Source: Tubiluchus corallicola (Eukaryota > Animalia > Priapulida). From it: DNA of 64,000 nt. Both the position numbers and the translations under genes were made by a program. The stretch spans positions 675,214 through 739,213 of the forward strand of contig JAQGDQ010000033.1 in the NCBI GenBank assembly GCA_030141605.1, written 5' to 3'. Below the pieces are notes generated by a model, which saw only the letters and a program-made list of their open reading frames with translations, was not told the origin of the DNA and did not search any database. Positions 39,251 through 52,900 of the stretch are shown one piece after another; positions within the stretch are counted from its first letter, which is position 1; each line of letters begins with the position of its first letter.

Positions 39251-39995
39251 GTTGCACTTACTAACATCATAAAGAATTAGTTACTATATGGGCAGACAAC
39301 AGAAGTGAATATATTATACTTCAGGTGAGTATAATGCAATTGTCAAAAGCAGGAAGTAAATACATGGCATATGCTCCTGTATATCTTCCAATACACCGTG
39401 TGGAGATTCCATTTTGGAATGTTTTTAAGAAACATCAAGACATATTGGAGCTGTGAAAACACTCGGAAAAACATGAAGACTCAAAGTTTAAATCTGTAGG
39501 CTTTTTTATCGGAGATGTAAATACGTTTATGTGAAAATTTGAAATCAAGAACCTTCAAGATCCTCAAGAGGTAAATATCTTGTTGAAAATGACCAAGGGC
39601 GGACCCGGATTTTTAGAAAGGGGCACCGGAATGTCAAAGAATGGAATGTTCGGTATATGGTGTACACTACTGGGAGCGGCACCCGCCTCAAGCACCGAAG
39701 GCAAGAGCCAGAGAGGAGGGTCTGGGACCAGTTTCCTGCAATGTCAAGACATTTAGTCCAAAATAAGTGGGGCCATAACATCAATCATTCCTTCAATTTC
39801 GAGAAGTTTGCCTTTAAGACTGACTACTGAGAACGAATCCTCAAGATGGATTTCTAGCTAATATTCATGCGGCCCGATTTTAAAACTATGACTTTGCTAA
39901 GCTGGTTTGGTCGCGCCACTTTTTATTTTCTTACTTTATGGTTAAGAATGTTTCCGGACTTAGAACATTAAGAACATTTTCACATCAATTTTATG

Positions 39996-40468
39996 CAGTG
40001 GCGGATTATGATTTTATGGGCCTTAGGTTTGAACTTGGAACAGGCCTTTTAAATGTTGCTACACTGCTGAGCTGACGTGTTTTTGTGGAGCTCTCGTCGT
40101 TTGTAAGTTTGTTTAATTTTGTGAGTTTTTGTCCACCGATTCTGATAAAATGGACTTTTCAGATTTTATAAATCTCTTTGCCCCCAGAAAAATTTGGAAA
40201 CTGAAATTTTTAACTTAAACTTAAACTGTGTAAACGTGAATTGTGAATTGTGTAAACTTGAATTGTGTAAACTTAAATTGTGTAAACTTGATTTGTGTAA
40301 ACCCGATTTGAAATATAGTGACTGACTTTTGAAAAAAAAGAGCACCTTGCTCTTTTGTCAATTTATTTTTTTTTACAAAAAAAAATTTTTCGTTTTATTT
40401 TGCCGGGCCCCTTTTGATCCCGGGCCTTAGGCTTCAGCCTATTCAGCCTATAGGGCTATCCGCTACAG
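39996..40468. mobile_element. hAT-family MITE
   Basis: TIR CAGTGGCGGAT / ATCCGCTACAG, perfect 8-bp TSD ATTTTATG on both sides; internal 15-bp tandem (AACTTGAATTGTGTA). Confidence 0.88.
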
Positions 40469-43177
40469 ATTTTATGTGTCACAGTGAAATGAAATGAATA
40501 TTCGATTTTGCTGCGACACGAATTTACTTACGTTACATACGCTACAGATTGAATGAAGATGAAAATTTCTTTCTTTCACCCACACAGGGTGTTCATGGAC
40601 TTGCCCAAAATGGTAACAAAGTAACAACTTCACAGCTTCATTCTCAACTTCCACGAGAGCAGCATGGATTCCCTTTTTATGGCAACTAAGACGTGCACAT
40701 TCAACTAGTTTAGTGTTACAACAGTAGACTGCAAGGACGTGCGTGCATGAAAAACACCCCTTCTTCACACTTCACACCATGTGTGTAAATTCTGAAAATA
40801 ATTTTGTCGCGGCAAAAATCGGGGCACCCACTGCTGCATTCGCCTATGAGGACATTATGACTGTAACTCCTCCTGGTTTAAGACATGTCATTTGACTTGC
40901 CTGTCCTCCAAATGACCTGTGCAAACATTTCTGGTACCATTTGGCATGAGTTTAGACAGTTTTGTAGCATTTGAAGTAATACGGTTTATTCATGCAAACT
41001 TACGAATACTCTGGTTTCATAATGTAGGTTGATGTCTAGATTTTTCATGCCTAACTTAAGTTCATTTAATACTAGATATTGTTTTTCTTTTCTGGGGTTT
41101 TTACCTGAAAACCACTCAACATGAAACTTTCTTCTTTACGGTGAATTACAGTTGCCAGGTCTGCTTGCAATAATAACAGTAACAATATCAATTAAGTCTA
41201 AAGATAATAATACAAGCATGCACAAGCAGCCATGATATTCCAATAAATATTACCTTTAGTTCAATTTGCCTTACACATCATGCCATAAGATAAGAACGTC
41301 TTGATATAAAAAAAGAATTTACTTTGAAAAATAAATGGAACACTGTGCCGTGCAAATACCATGTCACACAACACCAACCTGCCAGCAAATTGAGGACATT
41401 ATGTACTTTCCCTGGCGCAGACCACTCAACATTATTATGAAACGGTCAAATTGATATCGCATGTGCTGCCACCTTTTGAACGCCGCTCGAAATATTTCAA
41501 ATCTATAGGCACAATATGGCGGAGTAAACATTGCTTTATCAAGGCTTTTGTGTTGAAGAGTGTTTTGCATTTTTTCCCGTGGATTATATTGAGATTTTGT
41601 GTGTAAAAAGTAGGTCCAAGAGTTACTCTATTATTTAATTGGCGTAAAAGTTTCCGTAGCTGTATCAAATTTAAATCTTGACTGTCAAAAATATCTAGGA
41701 CTACATGTTATATTGTCATCAATACATTAGCCGGATTAAGCTGAATACATCGCATGTTTTTTTATTGTGAAGCTTCGCCGTCATTATTTCAAAAAATGTT
41801 CTTACAACTCTAAAAATCATAAGCTTGAATTCTGTTAACTGGTTACAATAATATCAATCAATCAAATTTTATCAATCGATGGTTGCATTTTTTTAAGAAT
41901 ACGTTTTATATATTAATCACTGTACAAAAGAGTCGCCGCTAAAGTAGCCTTACGTCAACAGCTACAACTGATTTTGCAAGACCCTAGATATAAAACAAAA
42001 ATGATACGAGATAAATTTGAAAAACTTGTGTGGTTTGTAGTGTTTACACAGGTAACAAAAATCAGACTTGGATACCCTTTTCCTTATACTCATCGAGTAC
42101 CTAATTATTTGTATACACAAATAAAAACAACTGCTGGTGAATTTTAACTAACGGCATTCTCATGTTACCAAGTATTTAGTTATTACATCCTGAGGGCCCA
42201 AACACGTGAGCTGTCAGTCATGAAAGTTATATTTTTCACACAAGGCGTTTGACTGAGTTTTTATCTGCCAGACTTCTTACTTACTTTATCACATGCTTTG
42301 TCAGTCAGCTGCGTCAGTCTAGGTAATGCACTGAGCACTATTAGGAGAATAAATACGTATATATATATACGTATATATATATATACATATACAAAATATA
42401 TATATATATATGTTGTGTTCCTAAAAAAGGCGAAGCAGCATGATCTATAAACTAATGTGGTATTTTACATCAAAGAAGAACTTCGTTTTTTTCAATCCTA
42501 CAAATGCTTACAGGAACGATTGATTATAAGCCTCTGAGTTTAATGTAAATATTCTTAAACAGTGTGAGACTCCAGTAGCCCTTTCTAGCATAAAAGCTTC
42601 TTATTCATCTCCCATGATAAAAGTATTATCATGCTTGTGTTCCTAAAATTATATTATAGCAAGTTTCAATATTGAAATGTTCCTTTAAAATGTAATTTAG
42701 CACATGTTTTCAACATGGTATCATAAACTGCAGGAGCCTATATAGAACCTGGGGTGGCAGGTAAAAAAAACAAAGGCTTGCTAACCCAAATATGACTACA
42801 AAGTCATCACATTAAATTACAGCATCAAACTGCAAGATAGTTTCCATTCACTACAAGCAGCCTCTAAATTATTTAGCTTTTTCCTATAGTTGAGTGTACT
42901 TTCTTTGCATGCATTGCTTCTTCGGAAACCAGGTATACATAAAAAACTGCAACAAGAAAGTTGAACAGCCAGCCTAAAAGTTGGAACCGCTGCTAAGTGA
43001 AACTAAGCTAGTTATGCAGCAGATGTGATAACCAATTTGCATGAAAAGTATACTTGTTTGTTATAAGTTCTTATAACCTTTTTAGTGTTTTTTTCTGTGA
43101 AGAAAACCGCCATGTTTAAAGCAATAAAATTGTTTTTTTTATTTTCAGGTGCTCTTGTACAGCTATATTATGTGGTA

Positions 43178-43561
43178 CAGTGTTCCCTTGCTACTTCGCG
43201 GTTCGTTTATCGCGGACTCGCTGTTTTGCGGGTTTTCAAAAATATTAATGTAAAATATTTATCTCAGTATTTTTGCTGTTTCGGGGGTTTAGCGGTACTC
43301 CGTCAAAATTACGTATCTAGGTTTAAGAGTTTAAAACATTTTTATGAACATTTAAATAAAGTTTTTTAAAAGGTACACGTACAGTGTGGGAAAAGTTATT
43401 AAGGGAATGGGAAAGGGTTATGTATAAGAGTGTGGGGAGGGTTTATAAGGACTTAAAATAATGTATAACTGCTAAAATAATATAGTGTCCCTACTTCGCG
43501 GAAATTCACGTATCACCGGTGGACCTGGAATGGAACACCCGCGATAAGTGAGGGAACACTG
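43178..43561. mobile_element. Tc1/mariner (pogo/Tigger-like) MITE
   Basis: TA|CAGTGTTCCCT ... AGGGAACACTG|TA; CpG-rich relative to flanks. Confidence 0.9.
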
Positions 43562-43987
43562 TACACTAAATATCAATAGTCATACAGACTTATAGTTTAG
43601 CTATGTATTGCTGTAATTTTGTTTGAAAACATGATTCGAAAGTATTAGTTAAGATACTTTAATATCTGTAGGGATATTTGTAATTAATACAGTTTATGGA
43701 CAAGTTTATGGAAATGAAGAGTAAAATAATATTGCACAACTCACATTCTGCAGGCTTAAAACTGGCTTTCAAGACTGACATTTAAGCCTAGTGGTAGTGG
43801 TCCTGTTGCATTTATTAATCATAATTTAAAAGGTCTTATTTGTACTGTTGTGCTCTCATCTGTTACATATTTAGTTTAATAATATTAGTGAATTATCATC
43901 CTGTCACATAGTAGTAATTTGCTTTATTGTATATTATTTCAAAATAATACAACATTAACCTTATATTCTGCTACATTACAGGTCATC

Positions 43988-46900
43988 ATGTCAGCGTTAT
44001 ATGAACTTGTTTGCGTTGACCCATCTAGTGACTGCATCATAACTGTGCCCCAAGGAAAAACGACAATAGGTAGAGGCCCGCTAATGAATGTAAGTTACTT
44101 TTTCTACAGAAATACATTTTCTACAAATAGAAGCACCAGGGTATCAAATACTAATTTCTAAAAAGTATCTGAAAATTGAATATTCTGTATAAAAGTCTAA
44201 TTGAATCTTTGCCTCAAGATTGGAATAAATTCTGTGTATCAGTTGCTAAAAGTTTCTTTCATGTTTGCGCTCTATAATAAAAACATTTCATTTTAAGCTT
44301 TTTTTAAAACAAATGTTTATCTATTATTGCTAAAAATACATAATATTACAGCCACAGTCGAGCTGTCATTTTCACTAAACCTACACTGCTGTTTACAGAT
44401 AATGAATGAACATGGCTGTTATTGTGAGATCTCATTTTGTAAGCAGTTGGATCACTTTATCGGTGCCTGGTCATTTCAGGCCTGGCCACTTATGTTTCAT
44501 GATAAAATGAGTGACTTTTATAATAATATTGTGTGCCCAATGTGTTTGGAAATTTTTTACTTTACAGTAATATTATTGAATACAATCTTTCAGTGTCAAG
44601 ACAAACGAGTGTCTCGTGGTCATGCAATTTTAGAAGCTGGTGATAGTGGAGAGCTGACTATTACCCCTGTAAGTATGAACTACATTTTAGTATTAGAATT
44701 ACCTATATAAGAAATGTATGAAACTGTGCATATAAGGCATACAACTGTACATTAAGAAACATGCCGAACTAGCATATTTTGCTTATTAGGTACACGTGAA
44801 TCCCTGCTTTTATAAGAATGCTTCATCGGGAGATTCCACAAAGCTGCAGCCGTTAGAAAAAGACAAACCACAAAAGCTTTACCCGGGTGACAAGTTTTCT
44901 CTTCTTCCTAATACATACATCTATGAAGTCATGAAAAAAGACCTGAAAAGGTAACACAATGCACAATATTTCATTTTGCTTGTTTTTTCTTTATTTTGTT
45001 TTTAAATTTCTACTGTAAGACTATATTTAGAGTAGATGTTATGCAATACCAGTAATTATGGTAATCACGAGTGTCTTGCAATAGAATAGTTTGCCACTGC
45101 TGTTGATTACTTGACATAGATGTTTTACACAATTTCACAAGCTATCTAGCAAACATTGCAGTTCATTTTTGAGGAAAAAGACAATAAAATTGAGCAATCA
45201 AATTGGGACCGAACTTGAGAGTGAAAGACCACACTTTTAATAACTGCAAAAAATGCTAGTATGCTTTAAAATTTATTTCATGTCAAAAAATGATAATTTT
45301 GTATATAGTTTGCATCTGTATCTAGATTTCTGTTTTTATTTTTTAATATTTACTCAAAAATCTTGACTGTTTTAGTAATGGAGTAGCTGAAACGGAGAAG
45401 ACAAGTAAGAAATCACAGAATAATATTGAAGCAGAGAAACCACACAATGACAGTGACCGACCAGAGTCACCTGCAAGCATACACACTGAAATATATGATT
45501 CCAAAAAATCCACTGACCAAGGTAACGTATAGGTGCTATAAGCGAAACAAAAATTTCGTTTCTCTTTGCCAATAATTGCAGTTTCGGTTGAGTTTATTTT
45601 CTTCAAAAATTATTAAATTTCATAGCCAAAACTTTCAATTATTTTCCGTAGCATTTTTCTAGGCTTTAGTAATATTTATCCAGCTTACTTTTTTCTTCTA
45701 GATGTCAAAAATCGTGGAAAAATTTTAGCCATTATACTTCAAATAAAGCGTAACTATCGTTTATTTAATTTTTCGTGCTATGTATACCATGCTTTTTATG
45801 TCAATGCGGCATATCTTCAGTGCTAGTGACTGTGAAGTTTTAGGGTTTCCAGGCACAATCAACCGGAATATCAAAGCATAGTTTGAATAAAACCAAGTTT
45901 AATTTTATAATTTATGAAATATAGGCAACAAAATAATAATAAAATAAAATTTGTCATTTTTGTTTTGCTCGAAATTTCATGGTCTTTCATAATAAACATT
46001 GTTCTACTTTTTTGGTTAGGATTTGTTGCTTAGCTACTTCATCAAGCTTGTATCAGAGCAAATATAAGCAAACAAACAAAAACAAAGTATTTTGTTGATT
46101 TCAGAAATTTTTTTCAGTTTTGATGGTAGTTGGTTTTGCAGAAATGATTTTGGTTTGGTATCTTTTCGGTATCAGTTTCCTATGTAAGTCTACGCGTGGC
46201 AATTTCATGCTTTTTTTGCATTCAGACAGTTGAATCTGCACAAATTTGGTCTTGTGTAGATTGGTTTGAGCACACTTGTTTTGTAATTAAATGTATACAT
46301 ATAAACTCAGTTTGAAGTAAAGTTGTAAAGAGTTAATGTAAAACCATGCTGTGCATGAAAGCTTGCAGTTTTTTGAAATTTATAATGCAAAGATACTAAA
46401 AAATAAAAATATCAAGTAATTAAACCTTAACAAAGCATTCCTGCTATATTAGAAACCCTTTGTATAACTTTAGAAAATCAAGAAGAAAAGGTCACTGATG
46501 AAGAGAAAAAGTTGATTCAAGAAAAAAAGAGCCCCGTGTGCCACAAAGAGGATAAAGAATTTGGTAAGATGTCAACTTAAAGACTGCAGCATCATTATTT
46601 TGCTTTGATTTGTATAGAAATGCTTCATTTCTGCAAAAGGTGTTCCTATGTCACAAGTACTAGAAAATGTATTACTCAGTATGACTGGCTTTTCTAGTAT
46701 GAATAAGACAGCTCTATTAGAAAATTGTAAGAAATGAAAATGGCAGTCTGAAAGTTTTGTTAAAGTACTTTAATTATTATAAAAAGGGGAAATTATGAAT
46801 ATTAGAGTATCATTGCTCATATTAATCTGATGTATTAAATTCAGTAATAGTAGTTACTTTTTCAGTTATAGTTGAAAGAACAGTTCATTCTTAGACTTTA

Positions 46901-49900
46901 TTATTTAGTAGAAAAGTTATCAAATTACAAACAAATTATAAAGTTGTGAATTTTTAGTAAAACTGACAAAGCTGTCACAATAATTCTTATTCCTTGCTTT
47001 GTCCTGACAGTGCATTAAGCACAGTAACTGGTGAACTCATGCAAGTCATCATTGTGTAAATCGTAAACTTGCCAAAGTCTGCCGTAATCATTTTCACATC
47101 TCTTGTAAATAAGTAATGTACTAATCTTTCTGCATTTCGTGTGTTATTAGTTGTGTTCTGCTTGTCAGACAAAATTATTTTTATTTCCAATTCGCAGATT
47201 ATTTTAAATAAGCGAATTTTAACAGGTTTCTCGAATCATAATTCATAAAAGGAATATTTTTAAACAAATTTTGTAAATTGTACAACTCTTTGAGACTTCA
47301 AACTAAAGCTGGTGTTACAGTGCCTAAAGTTTTCTTACTAAAGCATTATGCATGCAGTTACAAAATCAAAAAATAATATAGAAGTGGTAAATATCAGGGA
47401 ATATGTTTCTTGATTTTAACAATATGACACGAGGGAGTTCCGTGAAGTAAAATTTCTTTTTTGCAGAAAATGAGACACATGAAAATAGTAAAAATGATGA
47501 AGAATGCGCCGATGCTGATGTGAAAGGATCTGAATTAGTAAATAAAGCTGAGACAGAAAAATCAGAACTACCTAAAGATTCAGAAAATAGCCTCAAAGAT
47601 GATGACACACAAATTAAAAAACGTGGCCGTGGCAGACCTCCTAAAACAGCTTCCACACAGAAAGTCGCCAGAGAAGAGTCAGAAGAAGAAGCAGAAGAGG
47701 AGGAAGAGGAAGAAGAAGAGCCTGAAGTCATGCCACAGAAAAAAATTAGAGGTAAACCAGTAGACAAAGAAGAAGATGCAAAACATGATTCTGAAGATGA
47801 AGCGAAGATAGCACCTCAGAAGAAAGGGACAAAAGCTTCAAAAAAAGACGAAAGCAAACTAGCAGGAAGAACAAAGTTAGATTCTGAAGAGGAAGAATCA
47901 AGTGAGGAACAAGATGAAGAAAGAGAAGAAGTATCGCCAAAAAGGAAAGGCAGAGGAAGGCCTGCGAAAGGCAAGCCAAAAAATGTACCTGAGGATGCAA
48001 AGAAAACAAAAAAAGATTCTGATCGGGAATCAGGTGACGAAGAAGCAGCAGCAAAAGAGGAGGAACAGGTGAAGTATGAAGAGGAAGAGGAAGAGGAAGA
48101 GGTTATGCCAAAGAAGAAAATACGGGGTCAACCTGTCAAAGAAAAAAGTGAGTCAGAAAGTGAAGATGAGGTTGTGGCATCATCTGGACGAAAGCGTGGA
48201 AGACCAAGTAAAGCTGAAAAAGGAACTCTTAAAAAAAAGAAAGGTATTGTTAAGCCAGAAAAAAAATCTAAAAAAGATGATTCTTCTGAAGGGGAAGAAG
48301 TTTCACCGAAAAGAGTTAGAGGTCGACCAAAAGGTGCACTATCTAAAGGTAGACTGAAGGAATCGGAATCGGAAGACGACTACAAGGAAAATGATCAGGA
48401 TGATGATGATGTTGAAGATGAGGAAGACATGCCAAAAAGAAAAGGACGAGGCAGGCCACCAAAGCGTCAGCGAGACAGTGAAGATGAGTCTGATGAAGAT
48501 GATTATGCTCCAAAGAGCAAACGTGGCCGTCAAAGAACAGTGGTAAAATCGAAAAAATCCAGTAAGGGACGACGACGCATTCGACGGTCTTCATCAGATG
48601 AGGAAGAGGATGAAGCAAACATCGCACCAAGACGAAGGCGTTCAGGAAGGACAAAGGCTAAAAAAGATGAAAGTGATGAAGACGACGACGAGGCGTATGT
48701 GAGGAAACGTGCAGCTGAGCGGAAAGCACGGCAACCCCGGGCTGCTGCTCTAAACTACAATTACAATGGTTAGTACTTAAATGAATAGACCGAGTTCAGA
48801 ATTTTGTCTGCATTTTAAAAGTACCAAAACAAAATTGCACCTTTTGCCATTTTCGGTGACTAGGCTGACCAGCTTGTGAAAGTGATTTTCTCTGACATCC
48901 TTGGGATAGCCAGTCGGTGTAGATGAGTTATTCCGACAGCACAGGGCAGCAGGCTAGCAACTTGTAAAATTTTAATAATTATTTTATTACAGTCAAACCT
49001 CTTTGTACTACACACTTTAGCACCAGACAAAACTTGGTGCTGTCATTATAACGAGTTGTGTTAAATTTTGCCGTAGACGAATCACAAAACAGTTAGACAA
49101 GATGTTGGAGCCCTCAGTTTTCACTCTAAAGGTTAAAGAATTAAATGAAAATTATTAAATCAACTGTTTGTGAATTAGTGATTCACTCAAAATAAATGTT
49201 TATTAAGAAATTTTTCTTATTTATAAAGCAGGCAAATATCATCACGCATCTTGCTGGAGAAAAATGCCACATGTTTTCTTGTTAGTTTCCCATTATGCCT
49301 ACGTGGATTGACAGTAATGTTACTACGATGTATGATATACAGCTTACAAACAATCAAAACACTGCAGCTTGCATTATGTTATTCAACATGTGATGTCTGG
49401 CCGGGGTTACCAATTTAGCCTAGCATTTAGCAACCTCGTACAGTTGGCATTGTGTCAACAGCCTGCTGGCTCTAGTTCAGACTGCTGGCACTATTTCCTC
49501 ATTGAACATATATTTTAATATGCAATGGTTTAACTTGTTAGCTTTATATACATTTAATTACTGCAATTTCGTTTCTGACCATTTTGCAGATGGTAAGCAA
49601 GTTATCAGTACGACGGGGTGATACATCATTGTTTGACTGTACAGTCTAAAAGTGGTGCAGAAAAAATGAACGTTTGTTAGAGTTTTCTGTATTGCTGTAG
49701 CATTGTCCTTAGCAATAAAAAAAGAATTACTTTCAAAAATATGAGATCTGCTGCAAAAAGCTGACTTTTCCTGACAATTTCTGGACACATTTGGCTCGTG
49801 TCTTCAAGCCCAATTCCCTTATGCATCCAGGAAAATCCAGAAGGGTGGTTACCCTCTCAGTGACAATAGTGTTACACACCTTCATTGAAGTCTGTCCAAA

Positions 49901-52900
49901 GTTTAGAAAAATTTAATGAAAACTAACATAGTTTCACATACTAAAAGCAAGAATAGGCCCAAGAGTTGATTAGAAGTGAATGTATGTTGTTTTTTGTTTG
50001 CAAAGTTAGTACATTCATGTTGACATTGGAATACAGATGGAGTGCCAGTAAACCAGTTCAAAAAAGAAAAAAAAATAGTACAATAAGTGCTTCTAGTGAC
50101 ATCTTATTCTGTTGTAGTGCAATTGTTTTACTAGGACTGCCTGACGTTATAAACTTTTATTATATTAGGATGTATATCACAGTGACTATTCAAAAAACTA
50201 ATGGTAATGCTATAAAGAAATTCATTACTGATATATTTTTGCATTGTTATGATACTTCCCATTGCAATTTTACTTTGGTACCTTGCTGGCTGTGTGATGG
50301 TGATCTATTGTGAGAACTTGCAAGTGTAGAAACAAGCAACTTGCTGAGAGTAATTTCTTTCTAATCTGAATGTTGCTGCAAGATCTGTTGCAAGATTGCA
50401 GATAGACGGCTTGCGCGTAACTGTCAGAGAATAACTCGAAGCAAATTTTGCTCTCTAGTCTGAGCATGCCTTGACAAGTTACTTACAAGCTTCTGGTGAG
50501 AAAATTCATTAGCTTCTTGCTAGCCTGAATTTGCCGTTAGTAGTCAGTCTAGTCTTTGGCGTGCATCAGAACTATATAAGATGCTTTAAGATTACATATA
50601 TACTGAACTGCACTGGAATTACTTTTCTAACAAAATTGCATACTTTTTCAGTGAATGAATATATTGATGAATTTATTCCAAGCGATGAGGATCAATTGGA
50701 AGATACTTATATGGCCAGAGCATCTGCTTCTGACGATGAATACAGGGCTGAAGAAGATTCCGCCAGTGACTGGGAAAAAGATGACAAAAAAGCAAGTACT
50801 TTAATTTCATAACTCCATAAAATAGTAGCCTAAATTGGGGCCCATTGAACACAGTAATGACATCACTATTGTCATGGTTTATTGGATAGGCGAAAGTAAT
50901 CGAGCTGCCATAGTTGATTGCTAGCTACTAGCTAAGCAACATAATACCTGGTTAATGAATGGAAGGGTGGCTATCCAAAAACACCTTCTGCTTCGTTTCA
51001 CCTGCTGTAGTATCAGTGGTTTTTTTCTTTTGCTGGACAATATTAAGGCACCTTTGCCATAACAGGTCGGAGAATGGTCTTTGATAATTAACTAGATTCC
51101 AGTTGAGCCACAACAATCCACCTTTAGTGGGCTTTCCTATTAATGTTGAATCCTGGTTTTCACTGTGCCAGGCAGTATAAAAGCCTGAGATACTAAAACT
51201 ATTTATACAAAGTACAAAAAGTTTAAAATTCTTGTTCTTTATCCATCATTAAAGCAGCACTTGCAGACGTTTTTAATGTTAAACTTAAATCATAGCTTTG
51301 TCCGCACCTCCTTCAATGCACTATATGCAACATGTGAAAATGTATTAGTAACGAGATATTTATTCACTGGTGTCTCCCGCTTTGCTGATTTATTATTGTA
51401 GCGTGTTAAGTTTTCTGTTTTCTCATCATTGCTGCTCACTGGCAGGTTGTCTTGTACAGCTCAAATAATGCTTCTGACAAAAAGTGATCATATTTGCATT
51501 TTCCAAGGGACAAAATTGTAAGAACACGGTGGATTCTACAAGAAAAGAATTGGACGCCAGGCAAAAAGTCTTGAGCTGTTCTAGATGAGTAGTATGGCTT
51601 TTTGTGAGTTACAATAATAACACTAAAACAATTATTGTCATTGCAAAAGTGCTCGAAAATTGCTCACCTAATGTAGACTAAATACAGTTTTCATGAAAAA
51701 TAGCCTAATTATTACCTTTAATTACTGTCAACGTATTAACTCAAAAAGATGTGGCTAGCAGCTTACTTGCAGATCACAGATTTGATTCGCGGGAGTTTAC
51801 CACAGGCTGCACATTCTTGTCCATACAGCCTAATGGAGGATACCATACAGGTCTCTCATAATTTCCATACAGCTACAGTTTAATAAGTAAATTGATTACC
51901 TATGTCATATATTCCCGATTAGAGAATGCCATTTATGATATGTGGTTCCAACTCTACCAATTTGACCAGGAGACTTTAATGGTAACCTTCCTTTCTCCCG
52001 ATTTTTTGCCAACTATTATTTCAAGGTAAAATTGCACAAAATGTGATCACAGTGAAATACGACACTCTTTTTGCCCAAAATAGAATCATCCATTTATAGT
52101 GCCAGATAATGCAAAAAAATCATCTGGTAACGCAGCATCTAGAATATGTAAATTATTTGTGTTTTACTGCATACCCGCATATTCATTGCTAAATACACTA
52201 GAGATGCCAGTGATGTCACGTTATAACTAATACATTTATGCTTGCCTGTATAAAGCTTTAGATCATTTTAATTATAATATAGTTATCAGTAATATTTAAA
52301 CTACATTTTGAAATCCCAATCATATTTCGTGCTTTCAGTGCTGTTAAATTTTTAATATTTTTTATAAGCGTGACAGTGCAACAAATGATTAATTACAGTA
52401 CTCACACTTTTTCTATGACCTATGGCTAAACTGAAATTGGACTGAGAGTTGCCTAGGTAGTGTGAAAACTGAGCTGCTAATCTGAATTCAGAGCTAGGTG
52501 AGACTTGCCAATGCAGATTGGATATTATTGGTTATACTGAGTCTAAAATACTTGTTTTGTTTTACTGTTTGTCTTATGATATTACTTTAGCATTTTTTAA
52601 ATTTTTTGACTCAGGTAAATTATCATTTTGTGTTATCCATATTTGGCAAATAAACGTAACTACATCAAAATAGTGTTTTTATTGCCGACCGGTTTTGAAC
52701 AAATTGTTCGTTATCAAGACATCTAAAATAAAGAAATTTACCAGAATTTAGAAACTCCATCGAAATACAATTCAGTAGTTTGATAGACAGAAGATATGTG
52801 ACATAACATTATATAGATAATTTAACAATTTACTTTACAGACTACATGTCTTGAATGGTATGAAATCATGTTTTTTATACCATTGAAGATGTGTAGTCTG

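Noticed and set aside
39594-40848. Possible outer hAT-like element (CAAGGGCGGA...TTCGCCTATG) enclosing the 39996 MITE
   Set aside because: Termini match poorly and there is no TSD; probably repeat-derived but boundaries are unsupported.
47366-48654. Several minus-strand and alternative-frame ORFs (Ser/Leu/Phe-rich)
   Set aside because: Shadows of the purine-rich low-complexity APLF-like exon.
47520-48773. 417-aa ORF as a stand-alone HMGA-like gene
   Set aside because: It starts at GTG and is bounded by a phase-compatible acceptor (47466) and donor (48769), so it is better explained as an internal exon.
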